Shown one piece after another: positions 1 to 8,100 of a stretch of DNA of 64,000 nucleotides. This DNA is from a virus, in IMG/VR virus record IMGVR_UViG_3300042545_001167, positions 32,001 to 96,000 of that record. One strand, 5' to 3'. How positions within the stretch are numbered: the stretch's first letter is position 1; every line of letters begins with the position of its first letter. The translations under genes and the position numbers were made by a program. The notes below the pieces were generated by a model. The model was not told the origin of the DNA, did not search any database, and saw nothing but the letters and a program-made list of their open reading frames with translations.

Positions 1-986
1 GTAAAACTTGCGGTAGTTCCAAATAAGGATGCTGTATAAGTTGTTATTCCAGAGAAGGTAGAAACACCAGAAACATTTAATTGTGCAACAGATGCAATAC
101 CACCCATAACTGATGTAGCAATACCACTAGAAGTAGCATAAGTTGCTGTACCACTAGAGGTTGCATAAGTAGCAATACCACTTATAGGAACATTTGTTAA
201 TCCAGAACCATTTCCAACAAATGATGCTGCGGTTATGATACCAGTAGTATTAACTGATGCTGCTGCCGTAAGTGCAGAAGAAATTCCAGCACTAGTTGCA
301 TAAGTTGCAATACCACTAGAGGTTGCATAAGTTGCTATACCAGCACTAGTCGCATAAGTTGCAGCAGTAGAAATTCCTGCAGTTAATGCATAAGTAGCAG
401 TACTAGAAATACCACTAGAGGTTGCATAAGTTGCTATACCAGAATTTATGGCATAGACAGCAGAAGAAGCAGAAATATTAGTAAGTTTAGAACCATCACC
501 ATAATAAGTTACAACACCACTTGTACTTGTGGCAGTTACAATACCAGAAAATATTTTTACCGTCCCAATTGTTGCAATACCAGTGATATTGGCATTAAGT
601 GCAGTAAACCCACTAAAGGATATACTACCCCCAATATCCAACTTTCCAGTAACACTTGTATCGCCTTGAACATAAAGTGCTGTTTGTCCTGTAGAGACTG
701 AAGAACGAACATCTAATAAGTAGTTTGGCAGTGCTGTTCCTACACCAACAGAACCACTACCTAATGCTGTAAGAACCGTTCCATTCGTTCCGACGTTTAG
801 TTCGTTTATAACAGTTGAGATTCCTGTTAGATAAGAATCTGTTGCAATAAACCTACCACGTAGATCTAATTCCACTCTTGGAATAGTAGAACCTATGCCA
901 ACATTTTTAGTTTGACCGCTTACAATAAGAACGTCAGAATTAACTTCTAATCCGTCTTTTATAACAAACGCTTTTTTAATTGCCAT
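1..986 (-). CDS. Tail fibre / virion structural protein, truncated at the window edge (not in ORF track)
   Basis: ATG at 986 opens MAIKKAFVIKDGLEVNSD..., open to position 1. Contains VGIGSTIP/VGVGTALP fibre motifs, GDGSKLTN/GNGSGLTN motifs and GIATYATSS repeats. TATAAATA late promoter upstream. Confidence 0.8.
   Translation of the reverse strand, partial: MAIKKAFVIKDGLEVNSDVLIVSGQTKNVGIGSTIPRVELDLRGRFIATDSYLTGISTVINELNVGTNGTVLTALGSGSVGVGTALPNYLLDVRSSVSTGQTALYVQGDTSVTGKLDIGGSISFSGFTALNANITGIATIGTVKIFSGIVTATSTSGVVTYYGDGSKLTNISASSAVYAINSGIATYATSSGISSTATYALTAGISTAATYATSAGIATYATSSGIATYATSAGISSALTAAASVNTTGIITAASFVGNGSGLTNVPISGIATYATSSGTATYATSSGIATSVMGGIASVAQLNVSGVSTFSGITTYTASLFGTTASF
116..445 (-). 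repeat. Imperfect 27-bp coding repeats (GIATYATSS/A)
   Basis: Recurring gcataagttgc(t/a)atacca(c/g)... units inside the fibre gene. Confidence 0.7.
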
Positions 987-1014
987 AGGTGGAGAACGCC
1001 AACCTTATTTTAAG

Positions 1015-1022
1015 TATTTATA
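1015..1022 (-). promoter_or_regulatory. T4-type late promoter TATAAATA
   Basis: Exact gp55 consensus about 30 nt upstream of the fibre ATG. A divergent AATAAATA at 1030-1037 precedes the oxygenase. Confidence 0.75.
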
Positions 1023-1067
1023 ATAAAGAAATAAATACGAATATGAACAATTTTAAAATTCACATTT

Positions 1068-1637
1068 ATGTCTTATCCATTGGTAATTAGAAATTTTATT
1101 ACAGAAGAAGAAAATGATTATTTTTTAAACTGGATAGAAGAAAATAAATCTTCATATGATCAACATATAAGTTCAGAAGATTACTGGTCCAAAAGATGCA
1201 TATATTATTCTTCAATTAAGGAAGAAGAAGTTAGAGAAAAATTAATTAAGTTAATTGTATCAATTAGAAGTGTTGTAGAGAAAACTTCTATATCTGACCA
1301 AAAACTTTTTATAGAATATCCACAATTTGTTAGGTGGGAAAATAAAGTAGAACTTACTCCACATGCAGATAATATTGAGCAAGATGGAGTTACTCCAAAC
1401 TCATCTCCTTGGAGATCGCACGGAAGTGTTCTTTATTTTAATAGTTCTTTTGTTGGTGGAGAATTATATTATCCAAATTTGAATATAGAAGTTAAACCAG
1501 AACCAAGAATGCTAGTTGTTCATCCAGCAGATTTAAAATTCACACATGGAGTTAAAAAAGTTGAGAGCGGCGTTAGGCAGACATTAAGCGTTTTTTTGAC
1601 TTATGATCCACATGCCGCTCCCGTTTATAACGATTGA
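1068..1637 (+). CDS. 2OG-Fe(II) oxygenase, prolyl hydroxylase-like
   Basis: HxD (PHADN), LYFNxxFxGGEL, distal His (THGVKKV) and 2OG-binding Arg (GVRQTL). Confidence 0.85.
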   Translation: MSYPLVIRNFITEEENDYFLNWIEENKSSYDQHISSEDYWSKRCIYYSSIKEEEVREKLIKLIVSIRSVVEKTSISDQKLFIEYPQFVRWENKVELTPHADNIEQDGVTPNSSPWRSHGSVLYFNSSFVGGELYYPNLNIEVKPEPRMLVVHPADLKFTHGVKKVESGVRQTLSVFLTYDPHAAPVYND

Positions 1638-1641
1638 ATTT

Positions 1642-4600
1642 TTATTTGCCTGTTGGTGGTGGTGAGACTAGTTTATTGTGAGATAATAAGTTTTCTGAGA
1701 TATAGGTGTGACCACCATCAACTTGAATTGCAACAACCTTTCCAGGTTCTGCACTTTCAATTTTTATAATTGTATGCCCAGAAATAATATCACCAACTTT
1801 TAAACTACAAGCTAAAACCCAACCACTTTCTTCACTATAAAATGTATGAGTAGGTGAGCAGGTAAATTCAACATGATCAAAGATAATTTTCAATCTTTCA
1901 GAATCAACTTGCTTAACATAATCAATTAAGTATTCACCCCATTCTAAAGTATGTTCATGTCGAGTTGTAATTAAATCACCAACTTTTAGATCACCTGCAT
2001 TCTTTTGAGTTCCATCTGCCATTAAGATCTTTGTCCATGGAGCAGGACAGGATGTAATTGGTGGTGATGGATTCGTTACAGGTGGATTCGTTACTGGTGG
2101 AGTAACTATCTTTAAATTGTGAGATAATAATCCTTCACAGATATAAGTGTGAGCACCCTTAATTTGAATTGCAACGACATCTCCATATTCATAATCATCA
2201 ATTTCAAGTAAGGTATGTCCACTTATAATATCCCCAATTACCATATCACAAACTCTAGTCCAACCTTTATTTTCAACATACATTTTATGAGATGTTGAGC
2301 AGACCAAATCTTTGTGGTCAAATTTCATTTTAAATCTATCTTCTTGAACGATAGAAACTTTTAATACAGAGTATTCACCCCATTCTAAAGTGTGTTCATC
2401 TTGAGTTTTTATTAAATCACCAACTTTTAGATCACCCGCATTCTTAAGAGTCCCGTCAGACATTAATATCTTTGCCCATGGTGCAGGACAAGATGGTGCC
2501 AGTGATGGTGGCGCAACTGGTGGCGCAACTGGTGGCGCAACTGGTGGCGCAACTGGTGCGGGTGGCTTTGGCGCTTTTGGTGGTGGTGCTTTTGGTGGTG
2601 GCGGTGGCGGTGGTGGTGACACAAATGCTAACAAGGGGTCTTGCTGTGTTCGTGGGAGAACAAATGGAGGTGGTGGCGGTGATTTTGGCGGTGGTGGCGG
2701 TGGTGGAGGAGGATTTCTTCTGTTGTGCGATAATAATCCGTCACTAATAAAAGTATGTGCATCATCAACTTCAATTGAAACAACATCACCATATTCAACA
2801 CTCTCCACACTTATTAATTTTTGATTACTTACAACATCACCAATTGCCATATCACAAACTCTAGTCCAACCTTTATTTTCAACATACATTTTATGAGTTG
2901 GAGAAAAAATAACCTTAGCATTATCAAAAGTAAGTTTTAATCTTTCCGACTGTAAGGTTGAATTATGTGTAATTGGATACTCTCCCCATTCTAAAGTATG
3001 TTCATGTTGAGTTTTAATTAAATCACCAACTTTCAAATCTCTAGCATTTTTTTGAGTCTTATCTGACATCAAAATCTTTGGAAATGGATTAAAAATTGGC
3101 AGTGGAGATTCTGTTAATTCAATCTTCACTGTACGCGATAACAATCCTTCACCAATAAAAGTATATGCCTCATCAACTTCAATAACAATAACATCTCCAC
3201 TTTCAGCAGGTTCTACTGACAATAGTTTTTGATTACTTATAACATCACCAATTACCATATCGGTAACTAATATCCAACCTTTACCATCAACATACATTTT
3301 ATGAGTTGGAGAGCAAGTAAAGTTAGACTCTTCAAAAGTGAGTTTTAATCTTTCTGAAGGACTTACTTTTTTATAAGTAATTGGATACTCTCCCCATTCT
3401 AAAGTATTTTTATGCTGCGTTTTAAGAATATCTCCAACCACTAAATCGCCTGCATTCTTAAGAGTTCCATCTGCCATTAAGATCTTTGTCCATGGAGCAG
3501 GACAAGATGGTGGTGGTGGCGGCGGTGGTGGAGGAGGTGGTGGGGGTGGTACATATTCGCGAATTACAACTTTTCCAAGACCGGCATTACCACCTTGTTG
3601 CGTAGAAGTAATTATTACAGACCCATCACTATATCCACTTCCACCTCCACCACCTCCACCGTTACCACCATTGCCGCCAGTTGCACCACTGCCGCCATTG
3701 CCTCCAGAATTTATTCCTTGTCCTGCAGTGCCATTAATTCCATATCCTGGTTTATATCCTCTTGCAATTGTTGCCGTATTTGTACTTACTCCTGCAGTAG
3801 GTGTATAGTACTTTGTATTTCCAACATCAGCACATGCAGAAAATCCTAGAGTGGCCCAATATTCACCTTTAGTGCAAGGTAGTACTCTACCTCCGTTGGG
3901 AGCAATTGCTAAAGTATCTCCAGATTTAAGTGTTACGAATTGAACACTAGAACCAAATATACCATTTGAGGGTAATGTTCCTGCAGCATAAAGACTTCCA
4001 CCAGACCCACTGGCAGTAAGACCTGCTACGTTAACGCCACCACCGTCACCGCCACTACCATTTTTTCCTGCATTTCCTCCTCCACCAGCAACAGCAATTA
4101 ATTTTGCTTTTTTATATAGAAAAACACCTCCACCATTTTTAGTTAGAGAAAGAGGCGTGACAGCATATTCTTCATTTTTATTTAATGTTAATCTGATTGT
4201 AGATACTCCACCTCTTCCTCCAACAAAAGTTCCATAATCTGCTCCAGCAGTTCCGTACATATCAATATATGCCTCAATACTTAGTTCTGGTGCATAAAAT
4301 GTAAGAATACTTCCAGGTGGTATTTGATCTGGATTTATTGTATATGGACCTTGAGTAACAATATTCCAAGAATATAATAGTGCCTCAGTACTGTTATCAT
4401 CCGGAATTACTTCAACGTTAAGTATTTTTCTAGGAGCAACTACATCAAGATTGGCATTATTTGTATATAATGGAGAGTTTGAAGCAGTGGGATGAGTAAT
4501 TTTTGCTCTAACAGTATTAATCCCAATATTTGGTAAAGAAATTAAAAGTTCATTTGTTTTAGAACCTTGTATAGTTGCACTGTCCGAAAGATCAGAACCA

Positions 4601-5145
4601 TTTAATTGCCATTGATAAGAAATATTTCCTTGACTAGTATCTGTAATTGATGCATTAGTAACAAATCTTGTATATGAGTTTTGTCCAATAGTACTAATGC
4701 CAGGTTGTTTTGTTACCGATAATGTTGGATAGACTGTTAAAACTGCACTACTAGATGAAATTGGATCATTTATTGCATTTCCAGTTGATCTGGCAGTACC
4801 AACTGTAATTGGATTTTCTCCATATGCAGATGGTATATAATCTGCATTTAAATAAAACTGTTTATTATGATCAGTTGGACTAACGACATTAGAAATAGTT
4901 AATGTCGTAGTTGCAGATCCAGTTACATTTGCACCATCAGTTAATGGTCCATTTTGATCATACCATCGATAAGAAATATATCCAGTGGGTATTGCAGGAT
5001 TTGGTGGAGTTTGTATGGGAAATGTTGCTGTTGCAATACCGATAAAAGTTGCAGATCCACCATTAGTAGTTGCTGCTCCAACTGGATTTGTAGTAAATGA
5101 TAGAATTGGACCGTTTAGATCTAAAGTTGTCTGTTTGTTTAACAT
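1642..5145 (-). CDS. Virion-type protein: two Ig-like domains, Gly-rich domain, then four tandem Hint domains with polyproline linkers
   Basis: ISYRWY/ISYQWQ Ig-like repeats and a GGGGG-rich region. Four 125-aa repeats with C-PAPWxKILMxDG...SxxH...GLLSHN Hint motifs. Confidence 0.85.
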   Translation of the reverse strand: MLNKQTTLDLNGPILSFTTNPVGAATTNGGSATFIGIATATFPIQTPPNPAIPTGYISYRWYDQNGPLTDGANVTGSATTTLTISNVVSPTDHNKQFYLNADYIPSAYGENPITVGTARSTGNAINDPISSSSAVLTVYPTLSVTKQPGISTIGQNSYTRFVTNASITDTSQGNISYQWQLNGSDLSDSATIQGSKTNELLISLPNIGINTVRAKITHPTASNSPLYTNNANLDVVAPRKILNVEVIPDDNSTEALLYSWNIVTQGPYTINPDQIPPGSILTFYAPELSIEAYIDMYGTAGADYGTFVGGRGGVSTIRLTLNKNEEYAVTPLSLTKNGGGVFLYKKAKLIAVAGGGGNAGKNGSGGDGGGVNVAGLTASGSGGSLYAAGTLPSNGIFGSSVQFVTLKSGDTLAIAPNGGRVLPCTKGEYWATLGFSACADVGNTKYYTPTAGVSTNTATIARGYKPGYGINGTAGQGINSGGNGGSGATGGNGGNGGGGGGGSGYSDGSVIITSTQQGGNAGLGKVVIREYVPPPPPPPPPPPPPPSCPAPWTKILMADGTLKNAGDLVVGDILKTQHKNTLEWGEYPITYKKVSPSERLKLTFEESNFTCSPTHKMYVDGKGWILVTDMVIGDVISNQKLLSVEPAESGDVIVIEVDEAYTFIGEGLLSRTVKIELTESPLPIFNPFPKILMSDKTQKNARDLKVGDLIKTQHEHTLEWGEYPITHNSTLQSERLKLTFDNAKVIFSPTHKMYVENKGWTRVCDMAIGDVVSNQKLISVESVEYGDVVSIEVDDAHTFISDGLLSHNRRNPPPPPPPPPKSPPPPPFVLPRTQQDPLLAFVSPPPPPPPPKAPPPKAPKPPAPVAPPVAPPVAPPVAPPSLAPSCPAPWAKILMSDGTLKNAGDLKVGDLIKTQDEHTLEWGEYSVLKVSIVQEDRFKMKFDHKDLVCSTSHKMYVENKGWTRVCDMVIGDIISGHTLLEIDDYEYGDVVAIQIKGAHTYICEGLLSHNLKIVTPPVTNPPVTNPSPPITSCPAPWTKILMADGTQKNAGDLKVGDLITTRHEHTLEWGEYLIDYVKQVDSERLKIIFDHVEFTCSPTHTFYSEESGWVLACSLKVGDIISGHTIIKIESAEPGKVVAIQVDGGHTYISENLLSHNKLVSPPPTGK
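1675..2049 (-). other. Hint domain 4 (aa 1033-1157), both ends intact
   Basis: S|CPAPWTKILMADG...CSPTH...NLLSHN|K. Confidence 0.85.
2116..2490 (-). other. Hint domain 3 (aa 886-1010), both ends intact
   Basis: S|CPAPWAKILMSDG...CSTSH...GLLSHN|L. Confidence 0.85.
2506..2553. repeat. Perfect 12-bp tandem repeat x4 encoding (VAPP)4
   Basis: tggtggcgcaac four times. Confidence 0.95.
2722..3096 (-). other. Hint domain 2 (aa 684-808): Cys1 lost (Ile), C-terminal HN intact
   Basis: IFNPFPKILMSD...FSPTH...GLLSHN|R. Confidence 0.8.
3130..3504 (-). other. Hint domain 1 (aa 548-672): Cys1 intact, C-terminal HN replaced by RT
   Basis: S|CPAPWTKILMADG...CSPTH...GLLSRT. Confidence 0.8.
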
Positions 5146-5156
5146 ATCAATCTCCT

Positions 5157-8100
5157 TTAGTTAACAAAGTTTTGTCCGTCAACGAAACCGTACCAAGATA
5201 CTCCACCATCAAAAGTCTTGAATGAATATATATCCGCTCTATTTGCAGTTGGTGTTATGGTTGGCAGAACACCACCACCAGGCCAATAAACCGGTAAAAT
5301 TCCTCCACTAGAATTTCTAAAGTCATCAATATCAACCAGATATCCACCAATTGCATTTTGTGCAATTTTAATAACAAATGAACTTGCTCCAGATGGTGCA
5401 TTAATAATCGTAAATTGATTAACTGTTTCCGATAATGTAAAATCGAATGACTGTGCCTGAGACAGATCAATTGTGACAATATTAGACGAACTTGAGATTG
5501 TTTGAACAACTTCGGAATATGTCTTAAATCTTGTATGCCCCTCAATGTCAAGTTTTGCTCTTGGTACTGCTGTTCCAATACCAATTAATGGACCATTAGT
5601 TGTGAGCGTAGTTCCAGCACTACCAACTATAAGATTTGTTGTAGTAACAATACCTGCTCTAATTTGACCCGATGTTGACTTTAGATCAAATGCCGTTGCG
5701 GTTAGCATTCCGCTTACAAATACATTATTTGCGGTGATAATTCCAGCAAATACTGCCTCTCCATTAACATAAAGTGTCGTTGCAGATGTTCCAACAGGAC
5801 CAACTTCAAGATTAAATCTAGGAACTGATGTACCAATACCAACAGTACCCAATAATGTATTATAAATTCCACCACTAATTTGAGACCACCCGGCAGCACT
5901 TACATTTATATTTGTTAATCCACTTCCATCGCCAGAGAAGTAAGAACCGTAGCAAGTGCCGATGAAATTTGTACTGCCATTTATCTGAAGTTTAAATTGA
6001 TTTGCACTGGTTCCAATGCCAACACCACCACTTGAATTAATGGAAACAATTGAAGATCCACCACCAACCTGAAGAAGATTGGAACCGGGACTTGTGGTTG
6101 CAATACCAACCTGATCAAAGAGAGCAATATTTAAATCTTTGGAAAGGCTGACAGCACCAAAACGATACCATTCATTGTCAGTAGTATAAACCCATCCAAG
6201 ATATCCACCCTTCGTTGGATTTTGATAGTAAATTACATCTCCAGGATTACCCGAAAGTATTGGTGTAGTAACTCCAACGGTATATTTTCTAGAAACTGTA
6301 GCATCGCCCTGCAAGAACAGCGAGAATGCTTCAATACCTTTATTGGAAGTTGATGTTATCTTATTTCCAAATACAACAGGTCCATTAAACTCAGAAATTG
6401 ATTTGCCATCACTACCACCATCAACACGAATTGAACGACTAAATGTTCCTTGAACTGGAGTAATAACATTTAATCCAGGAAGTCCTCCAATATCTTCACC
6501 AGTTACAGTTTGGACAGGAGTATCAAAGATTTCTTCTTGACCTGTAACTGAACTCAATCTCTTATTTCCTGAGTATGAAATACCCTTATCATTCATACCA
6601 GTATAGAAGTTAATACCACCATCTTTTCTGGTTGATTGTGCAAGGAGTTCCTCTATTGAAGAAATCTGACGATCTTGTTTATCTGGGAATGCAGTTGAAT
6701 AGTTACCAGGACCAAATCCAACATATTCAAATGTATGACCAGATGCACGAATGATTGAATGCCTACGGAACTCAATTGGATTGGCATAAATTCTTCTTAC
6801 AACAGAGTTGACTGAATGACTAACTGCTTTTGTTCCAAGAACTCCACGGAAAACATAAATTGGATTTGTTGGAGTACTTGGAATAGTTGTTTTTACTCTC
6901 ACGATTTCTTCGTCAATTACCAAATAATCACCAATTTTAATATCAAGATTTTCAATATTTTGAATGTTAATCTGGTCCGTAAGTGCATCTGGAATAAGTG
7001 CTGATAAAGTAGTTGTAATTCCAGCATAAGTTGGAATCATTCTGCCATTTAAATTTTCATTATCAACTGTAATTGTACCACCATTTGATGTTACACCTTC
7101 GCGATATGCATAAAGAGTTCCTGCTGCTGAAGGAGAAAATGTTCCAACACCAATCGTAACGGAGAATGAATTTAGATTGAGATTTTCTTTGACAACAAAA
7201 TCTCCGTTATATATTTCTTCAGTAGATCCTATTAAACGAATCTTATTATCAACCTTTAACCCATGACGGTTAGAAGTTGTAATAGTTGCAATTCCAGAAT
7301 TATTATCATATGCCAATGAACTAACTCTAATTGCTTCTCCAGTTAGGTCAGCAAATGCATTTAATGTAAATTGCGTTCCAATACCAAGTGTTGAACCAAC
7401 TGAAATTGAAGATGCAGAAGAAACTGCAAATCTATACCCAGCTCCAACAGTAACATTTGTAATTCTATAAAGATCATTAAATGTAGAATAACCTTCGGAG
7501 GATACTCCAGAAATTCTGATAGTATCTCCAACATTATTATAGATTTGAGTAACTGTTACTACTGCCGGAGAATATCCTGTGGTTGTTGCAACACCTACAA
7601 CAGAAAGAGTATTTCCAATTCCATAAGAAGACCCACCATCCATGATTACAATATCAGAAATAGATCCTGATCCATCTACTGATATTTTGGCAGTAGCGAA
7701 GGCACCTGTAGCAGATCCAGCAAATCCAACAAGACTTGCATTATATAAACTTGTAGCACTTCCATACCCATATCCAGATCCAGCATTAGTAATACTGACT
7801 TGTGTGATACGATTTAATCCATGATCAATAGCAGTATGTACAGTATGTGTAGATGCATCTGTTGAAGTAATATCTGTAATAGCAATGCCTACATTACTAT
7901 CCGATAGAACTTTGGAGATTGTTTCTTTTGTAATACTCTTACGGACATCATTAACTACAACTTCACCAATTACTGATGAAGATGCAAACGATTGAGTCTC
8001 ATCTGGATCTGATTCTGGATTATCACGATTTGTTTGCGGATAAAGTTCTTTTACTGGTTGAGAATATTTTTCCTCAGTAAAAGGATCAACACTTGGGGAA

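Noticed and set aside
2472-2747. + strand ORF with (VAQL)n repeats, or a CRISPR-like repeat
   Set aside because: It is the antisense shadow of the (VAPP)4/polyproline linker. The repeats are contiguous with no spacers.
1675-3504. Canonical selfish inteins in the 1167-aa gene
   Set aside because: There is no endonuclease domain and no C/S/T at +1, and the domains sit in low-complexity linkers rather than conserved enzyme motifs. They fit BIL-type Hint domains better.
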